Shown here: positions 12,918 to 29,118 of the stretch, in pieces
Layout: each line of letters opens with the position of its first letter
Numbering within the stretch: position 1 is the stretch's first letter
Assembly (NCBI GenBank): GCA_951406725.2
Contig: OX597830.1
Coordinates: forward strand, 15,872,001-15,936,000
Reading direction: 5' to 3'
Source: Octopus vulgaris
Taxonomy: Eukaryota
Length of the DNA: 64,000 bases
Translations under genes and position numbers: made by a program
The notes under the pieces: model-generated
The model's input: the letters and a program-made list of their open reading frames with translations, nothing else
Databases searched by the model: none
What the model was told of the DNA's origin: nothing

Positions 12918-13299
12918 GTGGAGGCGCAATGGCCCAGTGGTTAGGGCAGCGGACTCGCGGTCGGAGGATCGCGGTTTCGATTCCCAGACCGGGCGTTGTG
13001 TGTGTTTATTGAGCGAAAACATCTAAAGCTCCACGAGGCTCCGGCAGGGGGGTGGGGGTGGAGACCCCTGTTGTACTCTTTCACTCCAACTTTCTCTCAC
13101 TCTTTCTTCCTGTTTCTTGTCCCCGACTTCCCTACGCAACCGCTGAGTCTGGATGCGCGTTCATCCATCCGTCGATGCTCTCGGTGTCGGGGGTTGACCT
13201 GCTTTCTCTTCTGCGGGTCTTACGAATAGCAAAGGACCACGTTTCGGACTTCTCCCCTTGGGACGAAGACCGCTTCGCTCAACAAACAACGACAGCAGC

Positions 13300-13330
<31 letters not shown>
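12918..13330 (+). mobile_element. SINE head C with tail type 1, ending in (AAC)n
   Basis: tRNA-like head gtggaggcgcaatggcccagtggttagggcagcggactc..ggtttcgattccc, embedded in (AAC)n. Confidence 0.85.
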
Positions 13331-13332
<2 letters not shown>

Positions 13333-13379
13333 AATAGTGGTTTCAAATTTTGGTACAAGGCCAGCAGTTTTAATGGAGC

Positions 13380-14066
13380 AGGGGAAATTAAGAGGCCAGA
13401 AATTGAGGTTGGCGATGTCGTAGAGGTTCTCCGGCAACCGCTTCTGACTCATTCCTGATGTATGGTAAAGAACCGAATCCTGCTGCCACATATATGGCCT
13501 TCCAACAGCAATCCCCTCCAACCAGGGTCTGACCAATTTCCAGTAGCTCCACATAGCCGTCTGAATCGGGCCCAAGAACTGTTCATTAGTTGTTGGATTC
13601 TGGTGAGCAGGCGCAGTCAGAACGCCTGTTGTGTCCCTTTTTGTTGGCCACAGCTTCGTAACCTCCGCTGCAGCCCACCGATCATTAAGCAGTAGTCATG
13701 ATGTCGGCACTTTGACACTCGACGTGAATCACCATGATGCAGATAACTCTTTTCCAATATTCAGATGGCTTCCAGTCCACCATGTTAGCTAACCTTTTCT
13801 GAAATACAGCTTTAATTTTTATGCCCTCCAACGAAGTTAACAGTTAACTAATACATTAAGAATGGTTGTAAACTGTCAATCTAACACGAACGTGACAGTA
13901 GTGGGGTACACCACCGCTGTTTAGATTGACAGTATACAACCATTCTATCGCCCCACCACCGTACATGTCTCTACGAGAGATTTAGACATTTAGTATTTCT
14001 AATACATTAAGCTGTTCCAGAAAAAATAAGACACAGCATATCGTCAAATTTAGCCCAAACACCCTG
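13380..14066 (-). mobile_element. Tc1/mariner transposase remnant with one TIR
   Basis: PWLEGIAVGRPYMWQQDSVLYHTS..NFWP is a catalytic-domain pattern; a cagggtg.. terminus lies next to TA at 14067. Confidence 0.7.
13861..13944. repeat. Small inverted repeat / MITE
   Basis: aatggttgtaaactgtcaatctaa ... ttagattgacagtatacaaccatt. Confidence 0.6.
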
Positions 14067-14684
14067 TACATAGAATATAATATTAACAAACATCAAATGA
14101 AATATAAGTATACATGGTCTAGGTTATAAAATGTCGATGATGATTCACTCCCCCTGACATAGGAGGACCTCTACGACCAATTGAGAAACCGTCTAAGGGA
14201 TTCTTCAACATCTTTATTTTCAAGAATGTTTCCCCTACTACTTATAGGCCTTTACTTAGAGTGGTGATATTCACTCATGCCATTTTCACCACTCTCACCT
14301 GCTATTCAATAAATTCTCTCGAAATAGCACCTGCCTCTTCACCCTCATCTCCTCTTTCAAGTGAAACTTGACGAAACCCTTGAGGGCTCTACCAAAGAGA
14401 AAAATCTCTGTCCCCATACTTTCAGCTTCAACCACCAAACAACCTCTTTCGCTAAGCACAATGCCAGCAGTTTTGAGGGTTGGGTGTTAGCTGATAGCAA
14501 CGACCCCAGTATTTGACTGGAGCTTCATTTTATTGATTCCGAAAAGATGGAAGGATGGTAAAGTTAGCCATGGAAAGAGAATTCGAAATCGGAATGTAAA
14601 GAGCTGTCAAAATTGCCACAAGGAATTTTTTCCGATGGTCAATCAATTCAGCAAATCCACCATCTTACTACTAATAATCTTTTC

Positions 14685-14892
14685 TACTATAGGCACAAGA
14701 CCTGGAATTTGAGGTGTGGGGGTCAGTCGATTAGATCGATCCCAGTATACAACTGTTACTTAATTTATCGACCCCGAAAGGATGAAAGGCAAAGTCGGAT
14801 TCGGTGGAATTTGAACTCAGAACGTAGTGACGGGTGAAATGCCACTAAGCATTTCATCCAGCATGCTAACGATTCTGCCAGCTCGCTGCCTT
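14685..14892 (-). mobile_element. SINE family B variant
   Basis: Reverse homology to the family B head and central domain. Confidence 0.75.
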
Positions 14893-14895
14893 AAC

Positions 14896-14985
<90 letters not shown>

Positions 14986-14988
<3 letters not shown>

Positions 14989-15608
14989 TTGATAGACGAA
15001 ACTGTACCCAGAGACTGCAAGAGGAGGAAAAGTAACTTAGCCATGTCATGGATCGACTATCTTAAGGTGTACGATATGATCCCACATTCTTTGATTATGA
15101 AGCGTATGAACCTATTTGGTACTGCATCGAATGTTGAGCGTTTGCTTGGAAAAAGTATGACGAAGTGGAGGTTGGACCTTACAGCATACGGAAGAAGTTT
15201 AGAGACAGTAGAAATTAGGAGGGGCATCTTCCAAGAGGACTGCCATCCCCACTGATCTTTGTATTATACTTGGTACCACTAACACTGATTTTGAGGAAAG
15301 CAAAAGCTGGGTATGTTTTCAAAAGCCGCCAACAAAAAGTCAACCACTTGTTATTTATGTGTGACCTCAAACGTTATGCTAAAGATGAAGCCCAAGTCAG
15401 TTCCCTTGTTGATACGGTGTATACTTTCAGTGCTGATATCAGAATGGAACGAGGAAGTGTCTCTGTCACATGACTCTGTAAATGAACGACCTGGTGTGCT
15501 TGTTTTAATGGCCAACCAGTGTATACAGCACGGTTCCCTACCCTAGGTATCAGGAAGGCACTCGGCAAGAAATGGAAACAGAATTGAAAGAAGATGGTAA
15601 TGAAAATG

Positions 15609-15610
<2 letters not shown>
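14986..15610 (+). mobile_element. Degenerate R4/Dong-like RT fragment with a putative 3' end
   Basis: NLAMSWIDYLKVYDMIPH, RRGIFQED and KVNHLLFMCDLKRY motifs, flanked by (TAA)n. Confidence 0.85.
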
Positions 15611-15683
<73 letters not shown>

Positions 15684-15686
<3 letters not shown>

Positions 15687-15800
15687 AACACCAGGACTGA
15701 CAAGTATATATAACGTACAAAAAATAGCCCTACTAGTCACCGCACACATCTTACGTAAAACACTTTCAATGCACGTTATAAAAATAAGACTTCTGAACAA
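15684..15800 (+). mobile_element. Short R4/Dong C-terminal fragment
   Basis: Translates PGLTSIYNVQKIALLVTAHILRKTLS, homologous to the end of the ORF at 21763 (QKIVLMGTAHILRKILS). Confidence 0.8.
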
Positions 15801-15803
15801 TAA

Positions 15804-15837
<34 letters not shown>

Positions 15838-15884
15838 GATAATGATGAAGATGACGACGATAAGAAGAAGAAGAAGAAGAAAAG

Positions 15885-17970
15885 AGCTCCTGGATAAATA
15901 ACAACATGTGCGCGCACCAAGAAGCTCTCTCCACAGAACGAATTTTTTTGTAGATGGGCAAAGTTTTTTAAAGCAAAGCAGCTAAAAAATACCAAAGATC
16001 CTTGTTATATGAAATATAGTCTCTTCTGTGCACGATAATATGACATGTGCAAAATATCGAAACCAGCAAAAGATCACAAAATACACAGTAGCTACGCAAA
16101 TTAATCTCGTATACAATCCAAGAAAATCCAAATAATATCTCATTTTACAAACATACACTTCATGAAGAAATTTAGTAGGCAATGAAGTATGAAGCTACAT
16201 AGACGCAAATAGATTAATGCACGTAGAGATTTCATTAAGAACAAAAGACTAACTGACGCTGAAATCGACTAAATTAGGACAAACTATCTCATGGTGGACT
16301 GAAGGAAAACAGCAACCATGTAGATGACATAGGTAACAGAAACACAGAACCTGTAAGAGCATTAAAACTGAACAACATCTAAACCGAATAAAGATCAGTG
16401 AAGAAAAGAAATGTGGAAAGAGAAGAAAACGTAGATCTAAGTAGAGATTTCAAACTAAAAATCTTCAAAGCCACAGTCGAACCAATTCTACTATATGGCT
16501 CAGAAATCTGGACGTTATCAAAGAAGCTTGAGAGGCGGTTGGATGGAACTTACACTCGCCTCCTTATGAGAGCTCAAAATCTCTCGTGGAAGCGTCATTC
16601 AACCAAAGTACAAATATATGGGAAACTACCACCTGTATCATCTCTTGTGAAAGGTAGAAGAGTCCAGTTTTCTGGACATTGTTGTAGAGCTGAAGACGAG
16701 GTAATTTCTACTCTTCTCCTCTGGAAGCCATCTGCTCGCGATACCAGAGGGCACACACTCTCCTACCCTGATGTAATCTCCAGGGATACAGGCATCCAGC
16801 AACAGGACCTCCGTAATGCTATGATGGATCGTGAAGTCTGGCGTAAAATAGTGAATTCCATTGTCTCGACCACGGTAGAACAATGATGATGATGAGACCT
16901 GCTTCAAGAACATCAAAAGAGATACCACACAGAAGTTGAGGAGAATTTCAGAAATAAGATTACAGTAACAAAGGAAGACATTATGAGAGAACCCAGCAAG
17001 ATTGAGTTTACTGGCATTGGTTAATAGCGAACCGCTAGACATGGTTTAATGACATGGTTAATAGAGAACAAACAACACAGAAAATAACTACAAAATCATG
17101 ATCTATAACGTTGCTCTAAGACATATCTTAAAAAGTAAGAGAAATGATCTAACGACCCGAAATAATCTTATCAATTCCATTGTTAAAGTAGTAACTGCTC
17201 AGCTAGGCATTAAGATTACAAAGAAAGAACTGACATTTAAATAAACCTCCCAAATAGAGAGAAAATACAAAAGTGATTGAATGTCTGCGAGTGGATATAT
17301 CAGTTCTCGATGGACATGCTAGAGGAGTATATGTGGAAAGAAGAAAAGTTAGAAAAATGAAACAAAAATATATAGCAAAATATCTTATAAACCTCCTTGC
17401 GACTAAGGAACTGTTAAAACAGCGTATATATTTAAAAGCCCAACTACTCAGAAGGTATGATAAAAAAAAAATCATCATCATCAAGAGCATATATTTAAAA
17501 CGGATGCGAAGGAAGTATATAGGGAAATTGGTAAAAGTAAGATAGAGGTAATGAACCACGTACGAATGAGGAAGTGGAAGAGTTCTGGAAGAAAGATATA
17601 GAGCAAAGAAAAAGCGTTTAATGTTGAAGTTGACCGGACAGAACGTGAGAGAGCGAGAGGAAATAGGAATAGAAGATCTAAGGTGTGTTCTTAGAAAGTC
17701 TCATAAACAAAAAAACCACAGGGCTGGACCGGGTCCCCAACTTTTGCTTGAATTGTCTGACAGAAGTACGGAAAACTTCTGCTGTATCTCTAACTGATGT
17801 CATTCGACACCCAGAGCAAATACCTACCTGACTGACTGGATGAACCTACTTACCTTCCTACATACTTCCCAAAAAAAATCTGACGACACAAAATGCCTAA
17901 AAAGTAACGTCTCAATATCACGTACAAGATTCTCACATGTATAATAACTGAAAGAATGTACACTTTCCTT
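15885..17970 (+). mobile_element. Heavily decayed R4/Dong-like N-terminal/RT region, interrupted by an RTE-like fragment
   Basis: Broken motifs LKQRIYLKAQLLRRY, TGLDRVPNFCLNCLT and YKILTCIITERMYTFL are collinear with the intact copy at 18903. The left boundary is approximate. Confidence 0.7.
16434..16895 (+). mobile_element. RTE-like LINE 3' fragment with (GAT)n tail
   Basis: KLKIFKATVEPILLYGSEIWTL..RLDGTYTRLLMRA..FSGHCCR..AMMDREVWR is a typical RTE-group post-RT C-terminus; it ends in tgatgatgatg. Confidence 0.85.
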
Positions 17971-17971
17971 A

Positions 17972-18902
<931 letters not shown>

Positions 18903-21763
18903 AAGAATGATGTTGATATCACAAACCTCAACCACCTATACTATGCATCCGCGAAAATCTCAACGATCCTATGTGGTGTAAAGATTAGAAAACGGCAACA
19001 GTCCCACAAAAAGCCTTCTTGGCAAGAGCGTCTGCAACAACAAATTAAAATATTTAGATCTGACATTGAATATTTGAAAAACCTTAAGGCTCACAAGATT
19101 ACCAAACCTACAAAAACCCAAAAATTACTGAAAAAATACAATATGAAAACTATACTTGATATTGATGCCACCATAGAAACCATCAAACAAAAGGTATCTG
19201 CCAAAGCTGCCCGCATAGCGAGGTATGAAAAGCGTGTTAGATTTTTCAAGGACAACAACATGTTCAAAAATAACACCAAGAATTTTTACCGGAAGATAGG
19301 AAAAACAGCGTTTACTGCAGGGTCTGTACCATCAAAAGAAGAAGTGCAGAGATTTTGGAATAAAATCTGGGCAGAAGAAAAAACACACAACGAAAAGGCC
19401 CCCTGGATTGACAGAATATCTACAGAACTGGACCCCTTAGAAGAGCAAAAGTGGGAGGGTGTCAAGGTAGAAGATATAAGATCTGCTCTCAGGAGGTCAA
19501 GCAAATGGAAGTCTCCAGGAAAGGATAAAATTCCTAACTTCTGGCTGAATGCCTTCCCAGAGAGCCATGAACTGCTAACAGAACTGTACAATGATGTTTT
19601 GCAACACCCTAGTAGGATGCCTCCTTGGCTAGTTAATGGGTTAACATTCCTGCTTCCAAAAAGTGAAGAAACAAATGAACCAAAAAACTATAGACCCATA
19701 ACTTGCTTAACAACTATGTACAAAACACTAACATCTGTCCTGACGGAATATACCTATAGTTTTTTAACAGACAGCAGCATATTCCCTAATGAACAGAAAG
19801 GATGTAAACGTGGATCCTACGGCTGTAAAGACCAACTACTCATCAATAAGATGATCTTAGAAGATTGTCACAAACGACACAAAAACTTATCAATAGCCTG
19901 GATAGACTATAAAAAGGCTTTTGATAGCCTACCACATAGCTGGATTAGAAAATGCCTTGAAATGTATAAGATAGCACCAACTCTGCGAAACTTCTTGACT
20001 GTAAGTATGAGATCATGGAGAACCACACTAACTCTGAACAGTGACAGTGAATTCCTAAATGCTGGTGATGTAAAAATTTCGTGTGGCATTTTCCAGGGTG
20101 ATTCACTGTCACCACTCCTCTTTTGTTTATCCTTAATACCTCTCTCAAAGCTGCTCAATGACGCGCAGTACGGGTATAAAATGTTTGATAAAAATATAAA
20201 TCATCTCGTTTACATGGATGATTTAAAGCTTTTGCAAAAAATGATCAACAACTCAAGGGCTTACTAGCGATAGTCAAACAATTCAGTGACGACATCAGAA
20301 TGCAATTCGGCCTCGATAAATGTGCAAAGGCTACCTTTATCAAAGGAAAAATGACAGAAACATCTAACGTTAACCTTGACCAACAGAATGTCATAAAAGA
20401 ACTAGACCCAGCGGAGAGCTACAAGTACCTAGGGATAATTGAAGGGAACGGAATAAGGCATTCAGAGATGAAGGAAAGGATCAGGAGAGAATGCTATCGA
20501 AGAGTGAGAGCAATACTCAAGACAGAGCTGAATGCAAGAAACAGGATCGAAGCAATCAATGCATTAGCTATACCAGTCGTGACTTACAGTTTCAATATTG
20601 TTAACTGGTCAATTACTGAAATATGTCAGCTCGACAGAAAAATAAGGAAACTGTTGACAATGCATAGAATGCACCACCCTAAGGCAGATACAGAACGACT
20701 CTATCTGCCAAGAAAAGAGGGAGGCCGTGGTCTTTTGCAACTGGCAATAACAATGAAGATTGCTACAATTGGCCTAGACACCTACCTGAAAAACTCTGAG
20801 GACTGGATGCTAAAACTTGTCTCAAAACATGAAAACAAGAAAGCATCATACTCAGTCACAAAACAGGCAAAGGAATATCTAAGTGAATTCCGAATACAAC
20901 CAATTTCGGAGATAGATATACAAGAAACAAGCACAGAAAAAGCTAGGCGCATGAAAACCCGTGCCAAAACTGCGGCCTTAGATATTCTGAATAATAAATG
21001 GCAAGAAAAACCTCTCTATGGCAAATACCCAAAGAGAGCGAATAATGCAGATATCGACAAAGCCCTGACCCATCAATGGCTAATGGCCTCTGGCTTAAAA
21101 TCTGAAACAGAGGGGTTTATCATAGCAGCTCAAGATCAATGCCTACCAACAAGAAACTACCAGGCCAACATATTAAAGATCAGAAGCAGTCCAACGTGTC
21201 GTGTATGCAAGCAACAAAATGAAACCATTGACCATGTGGTCTCCAAGTGCAGTCTTCTAGCGCCTACAGAGTATCTCAACAGGCACGATAGAGCTGCACA
21301 ATATATTCACTGGGTAATCTGTAAAAACCTGGATTTGCCCCATGAAAAAAACTGGTGGGAACACAAACCACCCCCAGTGCTTGAAAATGACCACATCTCA
21401 CTCCTCTGGAACTTCACCATTCAAACTGACAGGAAGATAGATGCAAATAGGCCAGACATCATATTGAAAAACTTCAAACAAAGAACATGCCTCCTCATTG
21501 ATATGACTGTCCCAATCGATATAAACGTATCTGTCAAGACCTACCAAAAACTGAGCAAATATAAAGATCTTGAAATAGAAATCAGCAAAATGTGGAAGCT
21601 GAAGACTAAAACAATACCTGTTGTCATAGGTGCCCTGGGAATGATAGCAAAAGGGGCTGATAGCTACCTAACTCAGATACCAGGAAACCCAAAAATGGCA
21701 GAAGTTCAAAAGATAGTGCTCATGGGAACTGCTCATATCCTACGCAAAATACTCTCTATGTAA
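18903..21763 (+). pseudogene. R4/Dong ORF, ~953 aa if the single -1 frameshift in the T run at 20230-20233 is corrected
   Basis: Adding one T joins ORFs 18144..20267 and 20300..21763 and gives YMDDLKLFAKNDQQLKGLLAIVKQFSDDIRMQFGLDKC. No other stops. Confidence 0.88.
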
Positions 21764-21993
21764 TCTCAAGGTTTAAAACAAACATAATTTTCGGTTTAAA
21801 AAAAAAAAACAAAAAAAAAAAAAACCTTTTTTTTTTTATTTTTAGACATTCATTAGTACAACATCACCACCCCCCAAATATATGGCACACTAGGCATAAC
21901 AACAACATGAACTTCCAACCCTGTTGTCTCTTGAGGTCTCTGGGTGAGACTTGGAGCCAACTTGTACAAATATAAAGCAAAAGTCAAACATAG
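18903..21993 (+). mobile_element. R4/Dong-clade non-LTR retrotransposon (RT + CCHC + restriction-like endonuclease), 5'-truncated, inserted in (TAA)n
   Basis: RT motifs KSPGKDKI, NYRPITCL, WIDYKKAFDS, GIFQGDSLSP, HLVYMDDLK and FGLDKC. Zn knuckle CRVC-x8-H-x4-C. REL motifs RHD, RPDII..LIDMTVP and KLSKY. The 230-nt 3' UTR ends in (AAT)n and TAA arrays lie on both sides. Confidence 0.95.
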
Positions 21994-22798
<805 letters not shown>

Positions 22799-22799
22799 A

Positions 22800-23908
22800 A
22801 TAGAACCCCATCCTTCCACCAGCTCAAAAAGGTTGTGAAAGAAACTCTTATGGGTCCAAAGACCAATTACTCATAAATAGAATGATTCAAGAAAATTTCC
22901 TCAGCGAAAACAAGAACCTGAGTACGGTATAAATAAATGGTAAGAAAGCTTTTCATAGTGCCCCACGTAAATGTTTACTCAAGCCCTTGAGATATATAAG
23001 ATCTTTCCTGTCATCTCCAGATGTTTTCAAAATAGCATGGGCAAACGGAACCACCGTCACTTTCTAAAGCATGGTTATGGAATGAGCCAATCTAACATCA
23101 CGATCGAAAGAGGCAACTTTCAAGGCGACTCCCTCTCTCTGTTATGTTTTTGAATGGTACTGAATCAATAACCAAGTGAATTGAATAACATTGGACATGG
23201 GTTCAACATTCTTAAGACAAACCTTTTTTTATATGGACGATATGATACTGTTCACAAGGAATGCAGTTGTAACAACTGTTGCAGATAACAATGGCATCGG
23301 GATGGCTTTTGGTCTCGATAAGTGTGTCAAAGTAACTTTTGTCAGAGGCAAGCTTAGACAAACAGCGTCGATTAAGTCAGATATCGACAATACCATCAAG
23401 GAATTTGGCCCACAATAACCAAATATACGGTACAAGTTATGCCACAAGGAAGGAAAAAATAAGAAAGGAGTACTATAGAAGACTATGACCTGTGCTGAAG
23501 AATGAATTTAATTCTCATAATCACATCGAAGCCATTAAAACCTTGGCGATTCCAGTCGTTCACTATAGTTTTGATATCATTAAGTGGCATTCAACGAACG
23601 GAAACCCCAATGCATGGATAAGAAGACAACTAATAACATGTTCCCCCCTAAGGCAGAAGTTGACCCTCTCTGTCTACCTAAAAGCTGTGAGGGTGAAAAG
23701 AATGGTGCAATTAGATCTCTACTATAAACCTCCCCACTAGGAATTAATAGATACTTATTAAGTGCAGAGTACTGGATGCTGCGACTTGTTTGCGAACACG
23801 AAAGCAGCAAAGAGTCACATTCTATTGTGAAGGAAGCTCGTAAATCGGCAAGGGAACTTGACGTTAACAATGAATTAGGTGCTAGCGATTCTGCCAACTC
23901 GCCACCTT
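22800..23908 (+). mobile_element. Degenerate R4/Dong-like RT fragment
   Basis: RGNFQGDSLS, YMDD, GMAFGLDKC and EAIKTLAIPVVHYSF motifs with many stops, between TAA arrays. Confidence 0.85.
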
Positions 23909-23911
23909 TAA

Positions 23912-23951
23912 AATAATAATAATAATAATAATAATGATAATAATAATAATA

Positions 23952-24011
<60 letters not shown>

Positions 24012-24041
24012 GTAATAGTAATAATAATAATAATAATAGTA

Positions 24042-24077
<36 letters not shown>

Positions 24078-24173
24078 GTAATATTAGTAATAATAATAAT
24101 AATAATAATAATAATAGTAATAGTAATAGTAATAGTAATAACAATAATAATAATAATAATAATAGTAATAATG

Positions 24174-24216
<43 letters not shown>

Positions 24217-24233
24217 TAATAATAATAATAATG

Positions 24234-24264
<31 letters not shown>

Positions 24265-24494
24265 TAATAATAACAATAATGATAATAATAATAGTAATAG
24301 TAATAATGATGATAATAATAATAATAGTAATAGTAATAATAATAATAAAAATAATAGTAATATTAGTAATAATAATAATAATAATAATAATAATAGTAAT
24401 AGTAATAGTAATAATAATAATAGTAATAATAATAACAATAATAATAATGATAATAATAATAATTGTAATAATGATAATAATAATAATAATAATG

Positions 24495-24554
<60 letters not shown>

Positions 24555-24592
24555 GCAATAGTAATAGTAATAATAATAATAATAACAATAAC

Positions 24593-24647
<55 letters not shown>

Positions 24648-24656
24648 GTAATAATG

Positions 24657-24733
<77 letters not shown>
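23912..24733 (+). repeat. (TAA)n array, ~820 bp
   Basis: Directly visible. Confidence 0.97.
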
Positions 24734-26005
24734 TGACAACAAGGTATGCGATAAGGAAGAAAGAAAAGTCGAGTGAGAAAACATTAGCTTCAAAGCTGAA
24801 TGCCAGAACCATAATTTCAGTAATAAACTCGCACACAGCCGCAATAATTGGGTTTAGCGCTGGAATCCTGAAGTGGACTGAAGGGGAGCTAAAGGAGATG
24901 GACGGGAAGTCAAGAAAGTTCTTAAAGATGCATGGAGCCCATCATCCACGTGCAGACACTGATCGCCTCTACATGAAGAGAGCAAATGGAGGAAGGGGAC
25001 TGATAAGTGTAGAAGACTGCGTATTGAACTCGAGAGCTTAATGAGATACCTAGGCCAAAGTAAGGAAACCTTGCTAGTGAGAGTTAGGGACGAGGGAGTA
25101 TTGATAACGGAGAAAAAAGGGAAAACAAAGGAAGAAGTACAACAAGGACATGAAGAAGAATTACGCAAGAAGGGATTACACAACGAATTGTATGTAGCCA
25201 CAACAGAAGTTGCTGGAAAAATAGGTGGGATTGGCTGATGAAAGGAGCCCTAAAAAAAGAGAGTGAGAGCGCTATACTGGCAGCGCAATACCAAGCTTTG
25301 GCCACGAATTGGAGGGTCAACCTTAAGAATGACCAAGTGTCTCCGCTGTGCTTCAACTGCAATAGAGTAGTTGAAACCATTGCCCATATCATGAACGAAT
25401 GCCCTAGACTTGCTCAAAACCGCTACAAGTTATGGCGACACGATCAGGTAGTGAAGGTGCTACATTGGAAATTATGGGAAAAATGGGGGCTAGAGAGAGG
25501 TAAGACATGGTATGAGCACAAACCGCAGAGAGTGGCAGAGTCAGAGACTAGCAAAGTCCTCAGTAATTTCCCAATCCAAACAGATCAGGTGCTAGAGCAT
25601 AACAGACCAAACCTTATGGTGGTGGACAAGGGGCACCACATGTGCTATCTAGTTGATATTGACCCACGAATAGTCAAGAAGGATGGCGAAAAGATAGATA
25701 GATGCACCCATCTTAAGTACGAAATAGCCCAGCAATGGGAAATGAAGGTTGTCGATAGTGCCAATTATTGTTGGGTCCTTGGGAACAGTATTAGAATGCA
25801 TCAAGAGGAATATAAAGGAAATTGGAATAGAGTGCCCAGTAGAACTGTTACAAAAGGTTTGCCTCCTTGGCACTGCCAGAATAATCTGGAAAGTACTAGA
25901 TAGCTGAAAAGTACGGATTGCATGGTACCGTAGGCTGCAGGTAGTAAGTCCGCTACGCGTGCAAGACTCTACAGGTTCCAACAAAACACGTGATAAAAAG
26001 AAATA
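24734..26005 (+). mobile_element. R4/Dong-like 3' portion from a different subfamily, with Zn knuckle, REL and 3' UTR
   Basis: KLNARTII, HHPRADTDRLYMKRANGGRGL, CFNC..HIMNEC, WRHDQ, HNRPNL and a KVCLLGTARIIWKVL-like end. Confidence 0.88.
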
Positions 26006-26899
26006 ATAACCAAAACGGTTTCAAATTTTGACACAAGGCCAGCGATTTATTGGAAGGAGGTAAGTCGATTGCATCGACCCCAATATTCAACTGGTACGTA
26101 TTAAAAGTGCTTATTTTATCGACCCAGAAAAGGGCAGAAAAAGTCGATAGTAACACCTAGTCATTTGCTGTGGAGAAATTAAAACCATAACACAGCAGCA
26201 GAGCTGTAGTGGGCCCAGCATATGCAAAGGATTCAACCATGGTAGTACCCCAAAAAGAGTGGGTTAAGTTCAGGGCCGTAGTAATAGAAAATGCAGACTG
26301 TACATTAGATCGCAAATTTAAGATCAATAAAAAGTAAAAGTGGATAAGGGAAAGGCCAAAGAATTTCATCAGCCGAGATTTGCGAAGAACAGAAAAAGGT
26401 AAACTGCTTGGATGGAATCTATTTTATCGACATCAACGAGATAAAAAGACAACCTGGGACCCGGCGGGATTCGAACCGATTATTTAAAGGGACGTAACTA
26501 AAAACCAGTCTATAATAAAACCTGTCAATCGGACTAAATAAATAAATAAATAAAAAGAAAGAAAGAAAGAAGAAAATGGGTTATCAGCTGATATGAAATC
26601 TAGCGAAACATATTAAGCAAATAGTAATTTAATAAGATTAAATAGCGCGACACACTTGTTAATTATATTTGAAGGCCAAAAGGTATGAGAATAATAACAC
26701 CTGATCGATGATAACAATAGCTTGCAAGCAGTATATATAGAGTAGAATCGCATGGTTCCTACATTCATTCAAGAATCTCTTCTCCGTGGTTCAAAGGTAA
26801 TATCTCTGTTCTATACTTGCTTACAATCGCAACGTCTTTTTCCCTCTGTGTGTATTTTGTGCACGAGTGTGTATTGCTGTTACGTTGACTTGAGAATGC

Positions 26900-26941
26900 A
26901 CATAAATATACATTCATATACACATACGTACATACGTACAT

Positions 26942-26984
<43 letters not shown>

Positions 26985-27358
26985 CAAATACAGATATATG
27001 TATGTATATATGTGCGTGTATGTATATGTATATATATATGTACGTGTGTGTGTATCTATATGTATACACACATATATGTATATATACATATACACGTATG
27101 TATATGTGTGTGTGTATATGTATATGTATATATGTGTATATGTATATATATGTGTGTGTATCTACATACATACATACATGCATACACACGTACGCACATA
27201 CATGCATACATACATATATACATACATACATGTATCCATACATATATACATACATACATGCATGCATGCATGCATACATATATACATACATACATGCATG
27301 CATGCATACACACATACATACATACATACATACATACATACATACATACATACATACC

Positions 27359-27389
<31 letters not shown>

Positions 27390-28050
27390 CTACATACATA
27401 CACACATACATACATACATACATACATACATACATACATACCTACATATCTACATACATACATACATACATACATACATACATACATACATACACACATA
27501 CCTACATATCTACATACATACACACATACATACATACATACATACATACATACATACCTACATATCTACATACATACATACCTACATATCTACATACATA
27601 CATACATACCTACATATCTACATACATACATACATACATACATACATACACACATACATACATACATACATACACACATACCTACATATCTACATACATA
27701 CACACATACATACCTACATATCTACATACATACATACATACATACATACATACCTACATATCTACATACATACATACATACATACCTACATATCTACATA
27801 CATACATACCTACATATCTACATACATACACACATACATACATACATACATACATACATATCTACATACATACATACATACATACATACATACCTACATA
27901 TCTACATACATACACACATACATACCTACATATCTACATACATACATACATACATACATACATACCTACATATCTACATACATACATACATACATACCTA
28001 CATATCTACATACATACATACCTACATATCTACATACATACACACATACA

Positions 28051-28081
<31 letters not shown>

Positions 28082-28411
28082 CTACATACATACATACATA
28101 CATACATACCTACATATCTACATACATACATACATACCTACATATCTACATACATACATACATACATACATACCTACATATCTACATACATACATACATA
28201 CATACATACATACATACATACATACATACATACCTACATATCTACATACATACATACATACATACCTACATATCTACATACATACATACATACATGCATG
28301 CATACATTCATACATACATACATACATACATACATACATACATACATACATACATACATACATACATACATACATACATACATACATACATACATACATA
28401 CATACATACAT
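26900..28411 (+). repeat. Compound (TA/CA/TG) and ~1.1-kb (TACA)n microsatellite
   Basis: Directly visible, with a recurrent TACC-TACA-TATC variant. Confidence 0.97.
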
Positions 28412-28976
28412 CGGAAGATTGCTGGGCTGTAGAAATACAGTTAATGGTTCATTTCGCTTTTTCTCTTACATCGAGACATGAATTTGGAGTAAGCAGGTGA
28501 CAATCAAATAAACAACACTGTCAGGCCTCCAGAAAGACAAATGAGTCCTTTCTTCTTATGAGTCACTGCAACGACGATGTTCATCTCGCACTAATATACA
28601 CTGTGTTTCTAACACAAGTCTATGAAGAGATTTTTATCGGAGACAATTCCGCACCATCATGCCTTTGATACACAGAAGGCGATATATATACATGTGTGTA
28701 CGTGTACGTGTGCAGGTTTTGTGTGCGTAATTTGCTCATCCAACTTACTGCAAATTGCACTGGAATCACGTGACAACAGTCACATCTACCGGTTCTGACG
28801 AAACTTCGTTTACCGATATCATATGTTCTGCTTTTCTCCTTCACACTTGATGTGTATACGAGATGCTTTTTCTGGACGATTACTGCAGTCTTATGGTGTC
28901 CAAAGCAGCACATTCAAGTTACGATGGATGTGCAAAGTAATCTTCAAATCTTCATTACAAAGGCTGCTACCGTCGC

Positions 28977-29012
<36 letters not shown>

Positions 29013-29048
29013 TCTCCCTCTCTCTCTCTCTTTCTCTTTCTTTTTCTC

Positions 29049-29118
<70 letters not shown>

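Noticed and set aside
12918-12990. tRNA genes at SINE heads
   Set aside because: A/B boxes are present but there is no complete cloverleaf, and each continues into a SINE body.
26752-28500. 582/489/476-aa HTYI-repeat ORFs
   Set aside because: Stop-free frames of (TACA)n, with no coding signal.
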